Assembly (NCBI GenBank): GCA_002402755.1
Contig: DHGK01000335.1
Coordinates: forward strand, 11,782 to 58,476
Direction of reading: 5' to 3'
Origin: Planctomycetes bacterium UBA4800
GTDB taxonomy: Bacteria; Planctomycetota; UBA8108; UBA8890; UBA8898
DNA: 46,695 nucleotides
This document shows positions 7,443-17,714 of this stretch, one piece after another. The position numbers were made by a program, and so were the translations under genes. The number at the start of each line of letters is the position of its first letter. Position 1 is the stretch's first letter. The notes beneath the pieces are model-generated. The model ran no database searches. It had not been told where the DNA came from and saw only the letters and a list, made by a program, of their open reading frames with translations.

Positions 7443-8618
7443 TCACGCGATCTTGACGAGCTCGTGCTGAACCTCGCCCGTCACCTCGGGCGCGCCGTCG
7501 CCCCGGATGAACATGTCGACCTCGGTTCTGACGCCCATCTCGCCCGGCAGGTAGATCCCCGGCTCGATCGAGAAGCAGCAGCCCGGCATGAGGGCGCGCT
7601 CGTCCTTCGTCTCCAGGTTGTCGATGTTGACGCCGTTGCCGTGCGTCTCCTCGCCGATCGAGTGCCCCGTGCGGTGCCTGAAGAACTTCCCGTACCCGGC
7701 CTTCTTGACGACGCTGCGGCAGGCGTCATCGACTTCCCAGCCGTAGCAGGTCTCGCCGGCCGCGAAGCGATCGGCGACGAACTCGATCGCCGCATCGCGC
7801 CCGCGCCGCACGACGTCGAACATCTCGACGTACCGGGGCGGCGGCGTCCCGATGTACCCGCACCACGTGATGTCGTAGTAGATCGCGCCCGGGACGCTCC
7901 TCTTGGCCCAGAGATCGATGAGCACCGTGTCCCCGTCCGCGAACGGGCGCGCGTTCGCGCTCGTGAGATCGAAGTGCGGGTCGGCCGGATGCTCGTTGGT
8001 CCCGACCATGGGCGGCGAATCCGTGACGAGCCCCTCCTCCCCGAAGCGCCGCATGATGTACTGCTGAATGTCGTACTCGGTCGCGCCGTTCCCGGTGCGG
8101 ATCGCCTCGCCGATGCGCGCGAAGGCCTCGGCGCGAATCCGATCCATGGCGGCCGCGGCCTCCTTGTGGGTCCTGTAGCCCGCCTCGTCGATCAGGGCGA
8201 CGAAGATCTGGACGAGGTCGGCCGAGGAGACGAGCTTGTGGCCGAGTCGCTTGACAAGCTCCACGGTGCCGGCGTCGACCATCGCCACGTAGGGCACGTT
8301 GTTGAGCGGCGAGTACTGCATCGCGACGCGCTTCTTCGCGCCGAGGAGCCGCTTCAGGCCCGCGTGGAGCTCCTTCCAGGAGAGATACACGCGCGCGTCG
8401 CCCGGGAGCGCATCGAGCCTGTGCTCCTCGACGGCCGAGACGAGCTTCTTCGGGTTTCCCCTGGCGGGGACGTAGTAGTACCACCTGCGGCTGCTCAGCT
8501 TCTCGAAATCGAGGCCGAGCACGCGGTAGGCGAGGTAATCGCGGTTCCTGAAATCGCAGAGAAGCCAGCCGTCGATGCCGCGCTCCCTGAGCGCCTCCTG
8601 AATACGCGCGAGCTCCAT
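7443..8618 (-). CDS. M24-family metallopeptidase (Xaa-Pro aminopeptidase/prolidase-like)
   Basis: 391 aa; creatinase-like N-domain then 'DITWCGYIG', 'HRTGHSIGEETHGNGVNID', 'CFSIEPGIY' metal-ligand motifs; AAGGAG RBS; TTGTGG-18-TATAGT upstream on the minus strand. Confidence 0.85.
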   Translation of the reverse strand: MELARIQEALRERGIDGWLLCDFRNRDYLAYRVLGLDFEKLSSRRWYYYVPARGNPKKLVSAVEEHRLDALPGDARVYLSWKELHAGLKRLLGAKKRVAMQYSPLNNVPYVAMVDAGTVELVKRLGHKLVSSADLVQIFVALIDEAGYRTHKEAAAAMDRIRAEAFARIGEAIRTGNGATEYDIQQYIMRRFGEEGLVTDSPPMVGTNEHPADPHFDLTSANARPFADGDTVLIDLWAKRSVPGAIYYDITWCGYIGTPPPRYVEMFDVVRRGRDAAIEFVADRFAAGETCYGWEVDDACRSVVKKAGYGKFFRHRTGHSIGEETHGNGVNIDNLETKDERALMPGCCFSIEPGIYLPGEMGVRTEVDMFIRGDGAPEVTGEVQHELVKIA

Positions 8619-8766
8619 GGTCGCTCCTTTCGTGGCAAGGGTTCGCCCTCACTATAGGGGCGGAGAGGCCCGAGCCACAAGAGCGGGCGATCCGACGGCC
8701 GGCGGTGGAACGGCGCGCCCCGCGGATGTACACTGTCGGACGCGGCGGCAATGCAAGGAGGACGGC

Positions 8767-9042
8767 ATGGACGCAATCAAGGTGAACCGCAATCCCGGCG
8801 AGAAGGACATCGAGAAGCTCGGCGTCAAGACCTGGCCCATCTGGGAGAAGGAGGTCTCGGAGTTCCCCTGGAGCTACGATGAGCCCGAGACGTGCCTGTT
8901 CCTGGAGGGCGAGGTCACGGTGACGCCCGCGGGCGGCGCGCCGGTCGCGATCGGGAAGGGCGACCTCGTCACGTTCCCCCGCGGCATGTCCTGCACCTGG
9001 AAGGTCACGAAACCCGTCAGGAAGCACTACAAGTTCGGCTAG
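8767..9042 (+). CDS. Small cupin (cupin_3/DUF861-like)
   Basis: 91 aa from ATG 8767 (AAGGAGG RBS); 'ETCLFLEGEVTVTPAGG..IGKGDLVTFPRGMSCTWKV' beta-barrel cupin pattern. Confidence 0.8.
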   Translation: MDAIKVNRNPGEKDIEKLGVKTWPIWEKEVSEFPWSYDEPETCLFLEGEVTVTPAGGAPVAIGKGDLVTFPRGMSCTWKVTKPVRKHYKFG

Positions 9043-9141
9043 GCCGAGGAGGCCCCCATGCATCTCCGTCGATCCCGCTCGTCGCGCCGCGCGCTCCTCG
9101 ACTCGCCGTATCGCGAGCCCTGGAAGCTCTGAGCCGCGCGC

Positions 9142-9501
9142 ATGAAGCATGACCGCCGGGTTCTCCCCTGCCCGCACTGCGGCGAGCCCGTGCCGGAGGA
9201 CGCGCCGTCCTGCCCGCACTGCGGGAGCGATGCGGAGACGGGCTGGGACCCCGAGGCGGAGTACAATTCGATCGAGCTCCCCGAGGAGGACAACGACGCC
9301 GAGGCGCCCGGCGCGGAGCGGCCCGGCATCTCCGGCGCGTTCATGGCGTTGCTCGTAATCGTGGCGTCGCTCGGCATCATCGCCGCCGGGGGGCTCCTCG
9401 GCCTGGCCGCATCGCTGTTCACGCTTCTCGGCGTGCTCGTGATCATCGCGTACATCGCCCGGCGGATGCGCCGCCCGCGCCGGTGGCCGCCGGTCCGGTA
9501 A
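9142..9501 (+). CDS. Zinc-ribbon membrane protein
   Basis: 119 aa; 'CPHCGEPVPEDAPSCPHCG' CxxC-x(n)-CxxC ribbon, acidic linker, two hydrophobic helices, basic tail; coding-type GC3. Confidence 0.6.
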   Translation: MKHDRRVLPCPHCGEPVPEDAPSCPHCGSDAETGWDPEAEYNSIELPEEDNDAEAPGAERPGISGAFMALLVIVASLGIIAAGGLLGLAASLFTLLGVLVIIAYIARRMRRPRRWPPVR

Positions 9502-9632
9502 TGCGCACGGGCGAGCGCCCGGAGCCACGCGCCCGGGCCCCGCGGCGCGGCGCGGCCGGGTGTGCACGCCGCGTGGCAAGATATGTCCCCCCCGCGCCGA
9601 TATCCGGATGAGACCGGGGAGGTCGTCTACCC

Positions 9633-10100
9633 ATGAAGAAGTTCATTCTGGTCGTCATCCTGGCCGCCGGCGCGTACGTCGGCTACGAGCGGTTCATCTC
9701 CACCTCGGCGGCGTACGCGGCGTACAAGAAGTTCGGGAAAGCCATGGCCAACGAGAAGTGGGAGGAAGCCGAACGCATGGTGGCGAGCCAGGAGGTGATC
9801 GACCAGATCTCCGAGCAGCGCCGCGCGATCAACGTCCTCGGGTACGAGGCCTACCGCTCCTTCCGCGGCGTGCTTCACTGGGGCCCCAAGTTCAAGCTTC
9901 TCTCGGAGACCTACACCGACGGCGAATCGCGGGCGATCCTCAAGGTCATCCAGGAGGAACGCCGCGGCGTGTACACGCTCGATCCCGTCGGCCCGCCCAC
10001 CGTCCGCCACAACCAGACCGTGGTGATGGCCAAGGCCGGCACGGAGTGGAAGGTCGAGGCGTTCGACGAGGAAGTCCACCCCATCGGCCCGCAGGAATAG
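9633..10100 (+). CDS. Hypothetical membrane-anchored/secreted protein (NTF2-like?)
   Basis: 155 aa; N-terminal 'MKKFILVVILAAGAYVG' anchor; GGGGAGG RBS; coding-type GC3; no recognisable catalytic motif. Confidence 0.6.
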   Translation: MKKFILVVILAAGAYVGYERFISTSAAYAAYKKFGKAMANEKWEEAERMVASQEVIDQISEQRRAINVLGYEAYRSFRGVLHWGPKFKLLSETYTDGESRAILKVIQEERRGVYTLDPVGPPTVRHNQTVVMAKAGTEWKVEAFDEEVHPIGPQE

Positions 10101-10184
10101 GCGCCTGCGCCCGCCCGAGTCTTGACCCCGCCGCCGTTCCGAGCCAGACTGGAGGACGGTCTCGCACAGGAAAGGAGCGGCATC

Positions 10185-11186
10185 ATGCGGAGGAGATTCT
10201 CAGTTCGCGGCGCGGCGTTGCTCGCCGCCTTGTTCTCGGTCGCGGCCGTCATGGGCGCCGAGAAGCGTCCGATCCCGGTCATCTTCGACACGGACATAGG
10301 CGACGACATCGACGACACCTGGGCGCTCGGCTTCCTCCTCAAGTCGCCCGAGCTGGATGTCAAGCTCGTCGTCGGCGACCAGGGCAAGGCGCGCTACCGG
10401 GCGGCGCTCATCGCCAAGATGCTCGAGCGCGCGGGCAGGACGGATGTGGCCGTCGGCATTGGCCTCGATGTCAACGCGACGGGCGGCGGCGGCCAGTCCT
10501 CGTGGGTCGCGGGGTACGATCTCGCCAGGTACCCCGGCAAGGTCCGCGAGGACGGCGTCGGCGCGATCATCGACACGATCATGCAGTCCCCGGAGCCCGT
10601 GACGCTCATCGCCGTGGGGCCGCTTCCCAACATCGCGGCGGCGCTCGCGCGCGAGCCGCGCATCGCGGAGAAGGCGCGCTTCGTCGGCATGCACGGGAGC
10701 GTGCGCAAGGGCTACGGCGGCAAGGCGACGATCGACGCCGAGTACAACGTCAAGGCCGACCCCACGGCCTGCCGGGCGGCGCTCTCGGCGGCGTGGGACA
10801 TAACGATCACGCCGCTCGACACGTGCGGCCTGGTCACCTTGCGGGGCGAGAAGTACGCCAAGGTCAGGGACACCAGGGACCCGATCGCGGCCGCAATCAT
10901 CGAGAACTACCGGGCCTGGAGCGGGCAGGACACGAAGGCGCCCGAGGAGCGAAGCAGCGTGCTCTTCGACACCGTGGCGGTGTACCTGGCGTTCTCGACC
11001 GACCTCGCGGAGATCGAGCGCCTCGGCATCCGCGTGACCGACGACGGCAAGACGCTGATCGACCCCGCCGCCAAGGTCATGCGCGTCGCGACCGCGTGGA
11101 AGGACCTCGGCGCATTCGAGGATCTGCTCGTCGCGCGGCTGACGGGGCCGTACCCGTCGCGGCCCGCCCCCGCGCGCAAGCCGTGA
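10185..11186 (+). CDS. Secreted inosine-uridine-preferring nucleoside hydrolase family protein
   Basis: 333 aa from ATG 10185 (GGAAAGGAG RBS); signal 'MRRRFSVRGAALLAALFSVAAVMG'; 'VIFDTDIGDDIDDTWAL' = DxDxxxDD fingerprint. Confidence 0.85.
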   Translation: MRRRFSVRGAALLAALFSVAAVMGAEKRPIPVIFDTDIGDDIDDTWALGFLLKSPELDVKLVVGDQGKARYRAALIAKMLERAGRTDVAVGIGLDVNATGGGGQSSWVAGYDLARYPGKVREDGVGAIIDTIMQSPEPVTLIAVGPLPNIAAALAREPRIAEKARFVGMHGSVRKGYGGKATIDAEYNVKADPTACRAALSAAWDITITPLDTCGLVTLRGEKYAKVRDTRDPIAAAIIENYRAWSGQDTKAPEERSSVLFDTVAVYLAFSTDLAEIERLGIRVTDDGKTLIDPAAKVMRVATAWKDLGAFEDLLVARLTGPYPSRPAPARKP

Positions 11187-11246
11187 TGAACACGAGAGTT
11201 GTGTAAGATGACGCCCCCGGAGCGCCGGCGGCGCGCCGAAGCCCGC

Positions 11247-11275
11247 TTGCCCTCCGGCCGATAGAACCCTATACT
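11247..11275 (+). promoter_or_regulatory. Candidate sigma70-like promoter of the EF-G gene
   Basis: TTGCCC (11247-11252), 17-nt spacer, TATACT (11270-11275); would give a leader of about 170 nt. Confidence 0.35.
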
Positions 11276-11289
11276 TGGTTCTTTCGTCT

Positions 11290-11313
11290 GTGTCCGCCGC
11301 GTGCGGCGGACAC
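11290..11313 (+). promoter_or_regulatory. Perfect 10-bp GC hairpin at the 5' end of the putative EF-G leader (or U-less terminator of the upstream gene)
   Basis: GTGTCCGCCG-cgtg-CGGCGGACAC; no downstream U-tract on either strand. Confidence 0.4.
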
Positions 11314-11451
11314 GCTGCATCGCAGACCTCACCCGCGGCAATGCCCGGCGGAGGCGCAGAAGCGCCCCATGTCCGGAGACCACACGCCCGGCAGGGGCCG
11401 CCGCGGCAGGGAAAGAATCCCCGCACGATAGAGCAACGGGAGTACCGTTAC

Positions 11452-13575
11452 ATGGCACGGCAGTATCCGCTCGGCCGCGTCCGAAACATCGGCATCATGG
11501 CGCACATCGACGCCGGCAAGACGACGTGCACCGAGCGCATCCTCTTCTTCACGGGCAAGTCGCACAAGCTCGGCGAGGTCCACGACGGCACGGCCGTCAT
11601 GGACTGGATGCCGCAGGAGCAGGAGCGCGGCATCACGATCACGAGCGCCGCCACGACCTGCGACTGGAACGGCCATCAGATCAATATCATCGACACGCCC
11701 GGCCACGTCGACTTCACGGCCGAGGTCGAGCGCAGCCTGCGCGTCCTGGACGGCGCCATCGCGCTCTTCTGCGCCGTGGGCGGCGTCGAGCCCCAGAGCG
11801 AGACCGTCTGGCGCCAGGCCGAGAAGTACGAGGTCCCGCGCATCGCCTTCGTCAACAAGATGGACCGGGTGGGCGCGGATTTCCTGGCGGTCGTCGGGCA
11901 GATCCAGAACGAGCTCGGCTCGAACGCCGTGCCCCTCACGCTCCCCATAGGCGCCGAGAAGGACTTCTGCGGCATCATCGATCTGGTCGCCCAGTGCGCC
12001 GTGTACTACGACGACGACGACCGGGGCAGGACGTTTCGCGAGGAGCCGATCCCGGCCGCACTCAGGGCCGAGGCGTCCAGGTGGCGGCACTTCCTGATCG
12101 AGAAGGCCGCCGAGGCCGACGCCCGCCTCCTTGAGAAGTTCTGCGGGGACGAGGAGATCTCGGCCGCGGAGCTGAAGGCGGCCGTGCGCGCGGCGACGCA
12201 CGCGCGGCGCATCTGCCCGGTCCTCTGCGGCAGCGCCTTCAAGAACAAGGGCGTCCAGCGCCTCCTGGATGCGGTCGTCGACTACCTCCCGAGCCCGGTC
12301 GACCTGCCGCCCGTCATCGGCGCCTCGCCGCAGGGCAATCCGCTGGAGCGCATTCCCAAGGACGACGGCCAGCTCGCCGCGCTCGCGTTCAAGGTCATGA
12401 GCGACAAGCACGTCGGGAAGCTGATCTTCACGCGCGTCTACTCGGGCACGCTGCGCGCGGGCACCTACGTGCTCAACTCCACGAAGGGCAGGCGCCAGCG
12501 CGTGGGGCGCCTCATGCGCATGCACGCCAACCACCGGGAGATGGTCGACGCCCTGTACTCGGGCGAGATCGGCGCCGTCATCGGGCTCGGCGACACCGTC
12601 ACCGGCGACTCGATCTGCTGCGAGGAGCACCCGATCATCCTCGAGGCGATCGAGTTCCCGGCGCCCGTGCTCAGCATCGCGGTCCGGTCGGCCGCCGGCG
12701 GCGAGGACGAGAAGCTCACGGAGGCGCTCCGCCGGCTCGCCGAGGAGGACCCGACGTTCATCGTGACCACGGACGCCGAGACCGAGGAGACGATCATCTC
12801 CGGCATGGGCGAGCTGCACCTGGAGATCATCACCGACCGCCTGCGCCGGGAGTTCGGCGTCCAGGTCGCCGCCGGGGCGCCGCAGGTCGCCTACCGCGAG
12901 ACCCTGACGAGCGAGGTCGAGATCAACGAGAAGTACAAGAAGCAGACCGGCGGGCACGGCCAGTACGCGCACATCGTCATGACGCTCGAGCCGCTCGAGC
13001 CGGGCCAGGGCTTCGAGTTCGTCAACAAGATCAAGAGCGGCGCCATCCCGCGCGAGTACATTCCCGCGATCGAGAAGGGCATCGTCGAGGCGATGCGCAA
13101 GGGCGTCTGGGCCGGCTTCCCCGTCGTCGATATCCGCGTCACCGTCATCGACGGCTCGTACCACGAGGTCGACAGCTCGGAGCTCGCGTTCCGCACCTGC
13201 GCGTCGATCGCCTTCAAGAAGGCGTTCCTGCAGGACAGCCCGGAGCTGCTCGAGCCCGTCATGGAGCTCAACGTGATCGCGCCCGAGGAGCACGCGGGCG
13301 CGATCACCGGGAACATCTGCTTCCGGCGCGGCCGCATCGCCTCGATGGACCGCCGGGGCGGCGACGTCGAGATCACCGCGTTCTGCCCGCTCGCCAACAT
13401 GTTCGGCTACGCAACCGAGCTGCGCAACATGACCCAGGGGCGGGCGACCTTCACGCTGCACTTCGAGCGCTACGAGGCCGTGCCGTTCACCATCGCCGAG
13501 GAGATCATCGCGGCGCGCAAGGAAGCCGCGGCCCGCCGCACCGGCGGACGGCGGCGGCTGGGCGCGCGGGCGTGA
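11452..13575 (+). CDS. fusA: Elongation factor G (stand-alone paralog, outside a str operon)
   Basis: 707 aa; '[23 protein letters not shown]', '[20 protein letters not shown]', '[11 protein letters not shown]', 'NKMDR'; GGGAG RBS; flanked by a nucleoside hydrolase and a K+ channel rather than rpsG/tuf. Confidence 0.95.
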   Translation: MARQYPLGRVRNIGIMAHIDAGKTTCTERILFFTGKSHKLGEVHDGTAVMDWMPQEQERGITITSAATTCDWNGHQINIIDTPGHVDFTAEVERSLRVLDGAIALFCAVGGVEPQSETVWRQAEKYEVPRIAFVNKMDRVGADFLAVVGQIQNELGSNAVPLTLPIGAEKDFCGIIDLVAQCAVYYDDDDRGRTFREEPIPAALRAEASRWRHFLIEKAAEADARLLEKFCGDEEISAAELKAAVRAATHARRICPVLCGSAFKNKGVQRLLDAVVDYLPSPVDLPPVIGASPQGNPLERIPKDDGQLAALAFKVMSDKHVGKLIFTRVYSGTLRAGTYVLNSTKGRRQRVGRLMRMHANHREMVDALYSGEIGAVIGLGDTVTGDSICCEEHPIILEAIEFPAPVLSIAVRSAAGGEDEKLTEALRRLAEEDPTFIVTTDAETEETIISGMGELHLEIITDRLRREFGVQVAAGAPQVAYRETLTSEVEINEKYKKQTGGHGQYAHIVMTLEPLEPGQGFEFVNKIKSGAIPREYIPAIEKGIVEAMRKGVWAGFPVVDIRVTVIDGSYHEVDSSELAFRTCASIAFKKAFLQDSPELLEPVMELNVIAPEEHAGAITGNICFRRGRIASMDRRGGDVEITAFCPLANMFGYATELRNMTQGRATFTLHFERYEAVPFTIAEEIIAARKEAAARRTGGRRRLGARA

Positions 13576-13673
13576 GCGCGCCGGGCCCCTGGAAGCGGCG
13601 CCCGCGGTAGGCTACGCTTTTCCGAGGGCGTCCGCGCGGCGCTCGATCTCGCAGGCCCATTGCGGAGGTTGCC

Positions 13674-14447
13674 ATGGCACGCGAATGCAACGCCGGTCCG
13701 TATCAGCTCTTCATGCTCGCCCTGTGCGTGTTCGTCCTGCTCATGCTGGCGGTCGACACGTTCGCCGAGGTCGACGAGGACACGGCCGCGATCTTCGCGT
13801 ACGCCGACAACGCGATCTGCATCATCTTCCTGATCGACTTCGCGGTCAACCTGGCCAGGGCCGAGCGCAAGCTCAAGTATCTCGTCACCTGGGGCTGGAT
13901 CGACCTCCTGTCGAGCATCCCGATGCTCGACGCCGCCCGCTGGGGCCGCGCCGCGCGCGTCCTCAGGCTGCTCCGGCTGCTGCGCGGCGTGCGTTCGACG
14001 AAGATGCTCCTCGGGTTCATGCTCAACCGGAGAGCCGAGGCCACGCTCCTCACGACGGCGCTCATGGGGATCATCTTCGCGACCTTCGCCAGCATCGCGA
14101 TCTTCCAGTTCGAGAAGGCGGCGGGAGACCAGGGCAACATCAGGACCGCCGAGGACGCGGTCTGGTGGTCCGTGGTCACGATGGCGACCGTGGGCTACGG
14201 CGACAAGTACCCCGTGACCACGGAAGGCCGCCTCGTCGCGATGGCCGTCATGGCCGCGGGCGTGGGGCTCTTCACGGCGATGGCGGGGTTTCTCTCCTCG
14301 TGGTTCGTACGCGGCAAGGACGACGCCCAGGACAAGGAGCTCGATGCCCTGCGCGGCGAGCTGGCCGCCATGAGAGCGCTCCTTCAGAAGATCGACGCCC
14401 ACACCGCGCCGCCGGTTGACCTTCACCCCGCCCCGCCCGCACAATAG
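13674..14447 (+). CDS. Voltage-gated-type K+ channel (6TM, Kv/KvAP-like)
   Basis: 257 aa; S4-like 'RAARVLRLLRLLRGVRSTK'; selectivity filter 'TMATVGYGD'; C-terminal coiled-coil-like 'ELDALRGELAAMRALLQKI'. Confidence 0.85.
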   Translation: MARECNAGPYQLFMLALCVFVLLMLAVDTFAEVDEDTAAIFAYADNAICIIFLIDFAVNLARAERKLKYLVTWGWIDLLSSIPMLDAARWGRAARVLRLLRLLRGVRSTKMLLGFMLNRRAEATLLTTALMGIIFATFASIAIFQFEKAAGDQGNIRTAEDAVWWSVVTMATVGYGDKYPVTTEGRLVAMAVMAAGVGLFTAMAGFLSSWFVRGKDDAQDKELDALRGELAAMRALLQKIDAHTAPPVDLHPAPPAQ

Positions 14448-14499
14448 AGGAATGCCGCGCCGCGCGAAGGCCCGCACGGCGCCGCCGCAGGAGGAACCG

Positions 14500-15612
14500 A
14501 TGCGTTCGACAACGAAAGTGCGTGCGCGGACTCTCGGCCGTCGCGGGTTCATGTGCACGGTTGCGGGCGCGGCCGCGGCGCTGCGCGGCGCGTCCGAGGC
14601 GGCCCCGGCCGCGCGGCGCGGGATCAAGCTCGGCTTCGACAACTTCTCGATCCGCGATTTCGGATGGAAGGCGCCGCGATTGATCGAGTATGCCGCGGCG
14701 CAGAAGGTCGACACGCTGCTCCTTTCGGATCTCAACGTGTACGAGAGCCTCGATGCCGACTACCTGGGGAGGATCAAGGCGCAGGCCGCAGCGGCGGGGG
14801 TCGAGCTCCAGGCCGGCACGGGGAGCATCTGCCCGACCTCGTCGGCGTACGGCAAGGACCGGCTCGGCCCCGCCGAGGATCACGCGCGGCTCCTGATCCG
14901 CACGGCCAAGGCCCTCGGCGCGCGCGTGGCGCGCTGCTACCTCGGCACGGGCAACGACCGCAAGGGCGACGGCGGCATTTACCGGCACATCGAGGCCATG
15001 GTCAAGACTCTCAAGGCCGTGCGCGCCGAGGCCGCGGACGCCAACGTCAGGCTCGCGGTCGAGAACCACGCCGCCGACATGCAGGCGTGGGAGCTCGTCA
15101 TGCTCATCGAGGAGGCCGGAAAGGACTTCGTGGGCGCCACGATGGACTGCGGCAACGCCGTCTACACCATGGAGGATCCCATGGTGAACCTGGAGATTCT
15201 CGGCCCCTACGCGCTGACGACCGGCATGCGCGACACGGCCGTGTGGGAGACCCCGCGGGGCGCCAGGGCCATGTGGGCGAACATGGGCGAGGGCGTCACC
15301 GACTGGACGGCCTACGCGGACAGGTTCCAGGAGCTCTGCCCCGGCGCGCCCTTCGTCCTGGAGATCCTCTCCTACATCTGGCCGCGCGATCTGGCGTATC
15401 TGGAAACCGCCATGTGGAAGGAGTTTCCCAGGGCCCGCGCCGGCGAGTTCGCCCGCTTCGTCGCGCTCGCCAAGCGCGGCCGCGAGTTCACGCTCACGCC
15501 CGGACGCCCCGCCGGCACGCAGTCGAAGGAGCTGACCCAGGCGCAGCAGAAGTTCGACCTCGAGCACGGCCTGGAATACTGCCGGCGCGTGCTGGGATTG
15601 GGGCTCAAGTAA
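14500..15612 (+). CDS. Tat-exported sugar phosphate isomerase/epimerase (xylose-isomerase-like TIM barrel)
   Basis: 370 aa from ATG 14500 (GGAGGA RBS); 'GRRGFMCTVAGAAAAL' Tat-like signal; 'RCYLGTG', 'LAVENHA', 'ATMDCGN' TIM-barrel metal-site pattern. Confidence 0.8.
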   Translation: MRSTTKVRARTLGRRGFMCTVAGAAAALRGASEAAPAARRGIKLGFDNFSIRDFGWKAPRLIEYAAAQKVDTLLLSDLNVYESLDADYLGRIKAQAAAAGVELQAGTGSICPTSSAYGKDRLGPAEDHARLLIRTAKALGARVARCYLGTGNDRKGDGGIYRHIEAMVKTLKAVRAEAADANVRLAVENHAADMQAWELVMLIEEAGKDFVGATMDCGNAVYTMEDPMVNLEILGPYALTTGMRDTAVWETPRGARAMWANMGEGVTDWTAYADRFQELCPGAPFVLEILSYIWPRDLAYLETAMWKEFPRARAGEFARFVALAKRGREFTLTPGRPAGTQSKELTQAQQKFDLEHGLEYCRRVLGLGLK

Positions 15613-15670
15613 GAACCGGGGCTGAAACCGGCGCTTCGGGTGTCGACATCCGGGGCGCGCGCCGCGCCCG

Positions 15671-16084
15671 CTACGCCGGCACCATGTCGTCCTTCTGGTA
15701 CACGGCGGTCAGCCACTCCTTGTCGGTCTCGGCGATGTGGTCGAGCAGCCACTTGATCAGGCCGTGCTGGACCATGGAGACCACGAGCAGGCTCGGCCCC
15801 TCGATGTCGAAGCGGTCGCGCATTTCCTGGAACTCGCGGACGAAGCCGTCGTGAAGGTCGCGATGGCGACAGTAGTCCGGATACGCCCCGCTGCGCAGGA
15901 ACGCCTCTTCTTCCCGGAAGTACTCGATCGCGCAGCCGCCGAACTCGTCGAGCGCGGCGCCGATCGCCTCCTGGCCGCGCAACTGGTCGATGCTCTCCAG
16001 CACCGTGTTGATACGTTCGACAAGCTCCCGGTGACGGTCATCGAGCTCGGGCACTCCCGTGGCAAGCTTCTCTCCCCAGTCCAT
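15671..16084 (-). CDS. Bacteriohemerythrin-like metal-binding protein
   Basis: 137 aa from ATG 16084; 'GVPELDDRHRELV', 'EYFREEE', 'HRDLHDGF', 'HGLIKWLLDHIAETD' = hemerythrin His/Glu/Asp ligand spacing. Confidence 0.85.
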   Translation of the reverse strand: MDWGEKLATGVPELDDRHRELVERINTVLESIDQLRGQEAIGAALDEFGGCAIEYFREEEAFLRSGAYPDYCRHRDLHDGFVREFQEMRDRFDIEGPSLLVVSMVQHGLIKWLLDHIAETDKEWLTAVYQKDDMVPA

Positions 16085-16294
16085 GTGCTGCTCCCCTTGC
16101 GCTGTCTTCCCGGCGCCGGCCAGGGCCGCGCGCCTCCTACCAACCACGCACCACGCGACACGCGCTCGTCCGCCTTCGTGTCGGACCAGCATTCTTAATC
16201 GGACGCGGAGGCGCCGAAACGGAGGCTTTTTGAGGGACTTCTTGAAAGACTTTTTTCGCGCGCCGGAAACGCGCGGACGCGGCTCCTCGCCGCG

Positions 16295-17710
16295 TTATCG
16301 TGCCACGAGCGCGACGGCCAGGCGCACGCCCGCACCCGTCGCGCCGGCCTGCGACCAGTACTTGTGCTCTTTCTCGGCCAGAAACGTGCCGGCGATGTCG
16401 AGGTGGACGAACTCCGTACCCTTGTGCACGAACTCGTGCAGGAACCACGCCGCGGCCTGCGCGCCCGCGTACTTGCCGCCCGTGTTGAGTATGTCCGCGA
16501 CCGGACTGTCGATCTGGCCGCGATACTCGGGGTGCAGAGGCAGCTCCCATACGGGCTCCCCGCTCGCCCGCGCCGCAGCCTTGACCTCCTCGGCCAGGCC
16601 GGCCGAGCGCGACATGAGGCCCGTGTACTGGGGACCGAGGGCCCGCATGCAGGCGCCCGTGAGCGACGAGAACTCGACGATGCGCCGCTGCGTGAGCCTG
16701 TCCTGCGCGAAGAGCAGCGCATCGGCGAGCACGAGGCGCCCCTCCGCATCGGTGCTCCGGATCTCGACCGTGCGGCCGTTCCGGAACCTGAGCACATCGC
16801 CCGGCCGGTAGGCGTTGCCGTCGGGAAGGTTCTCGGCCGCCGCGCACACGCCCGTCACCTCGACCTGCGGCGCGAGGCGCGCGATCGCGTGCATGGCGCC
16901 GATCACGGCCGCGCAGCCGCTCATGTCGCCCTTCATCTCCCACATGCCGTCGGAGGGCTTGATGCTCACGCCGCCCGAATCGAACGTCAGTCCCTTGCCG
17001 ACGAGGCACAGCGGCGGACCGGACCGCCGCGCGCCCCTCGGCCGGTACCTGAGGACGAACATGACCGGCGGATTGACGCTGCCGCGGCCGACGGCCGTGA
17101 GGCCGACATACCCGGCCCTCGCGAGCTCGCGCGCGGAGAGCGCGCTGAAGCGCAGGCCGCCCGCCGCCGCGACCTTGCGCGCGCGGGCGGCGAGATCGAG
17201 CGGCGCGAGCGCGTTGGCCGGCGTGTTGACCAGATCGCGGGCCAGGACGACGCCCTCGTTGATCGCCTCGATGCGGCGCGCCTCCTTCCTGAGCGGCGCC
17301 GCATCGGCGCCGGCGACGATCGTCAGGCGCGCGGGCGCGCGCGGGGCGCGGCGCTTCTTCCCCTTGAACGCGTCGAAGCGGTACGAGGCCAGGAGCGCCC
17401 CCCACAGAAGCTCGCGGAAGTGCTCGACCGCGACGCCGCGGCCCAGCTCCCAGATGAGGTGCGCCGCCTCGGCCTCGGCCGCGTGCGTCACGGCGGCGCC
17501 GCCCGCAACGCGGCGCTTCTCATCGGGCTCCAGGTTCTTGAAGGCGCCGGCGTTGATCCGCAGCCCGACGCGGCCCCCCTCGGCGACGAACCGCACCGGC
17601 CGCGGCTTCCGCGCGCCGCCGTCCTCGGGGGCCGTGCCTTCCAGCGCCTCGAACCGGCACGTCATGGCGGACGGCGCGGCCGGGGTTCGTGCGATGACTT
17701 CAATGCGCAT
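16295..17710 (-). CDS. pepA: Leucyl aminopeptidase (M17)
   Basis: 471 aa; 'VNTPANALAP', 'LVGKGLTFDSGGVSIKP', 'NTDAEGRLVLADAL' M17 motifs; begins 4 nt after the macro-domain gene stop. Confidence 0.9.
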   Translation of the reverse strand: MRIEVIARTPAAPSAMTCRFEALEGTAPEDGGARKPRPVRFVAEGGRVGLRINAGAFKNLEPDEKRRVAGGAAVTHAAEAEAAHLIWELGRGVAVEHFRELLWGALLASYRFDAFKGKKRRAPRAPARLTIVAGADAAPLRKEARRIEAINEGVVLARDLVNTPANALAPLDLAARARKVAAAGGLRFSALSARELARAGYVGLTAVGRGSVNPPVMFVLRYRPRGARRSGPPLCLVGKGLTFDSGGVSIKPSDGMWEMKGDMSGCAAVIGAMHAIARLAPQVEVTGVCAAAENLPDGNAYRPGDVLRFRNGRTVEIRSTDAEGRLVLADALLFAQDRLTQRRIVEFSSLTGACMRALGPQYTGLMSRSAGLAEEVKAAARASGEPVWELPLHPEYRGQIDSPVADILNTGGKYAGAQAAAWFLHEFVHKGTEFVHLDIAGTFLAEKEHKYWSQAGATGAGVRLAVALVAR

Positions 17711-17714
17711 GGGT

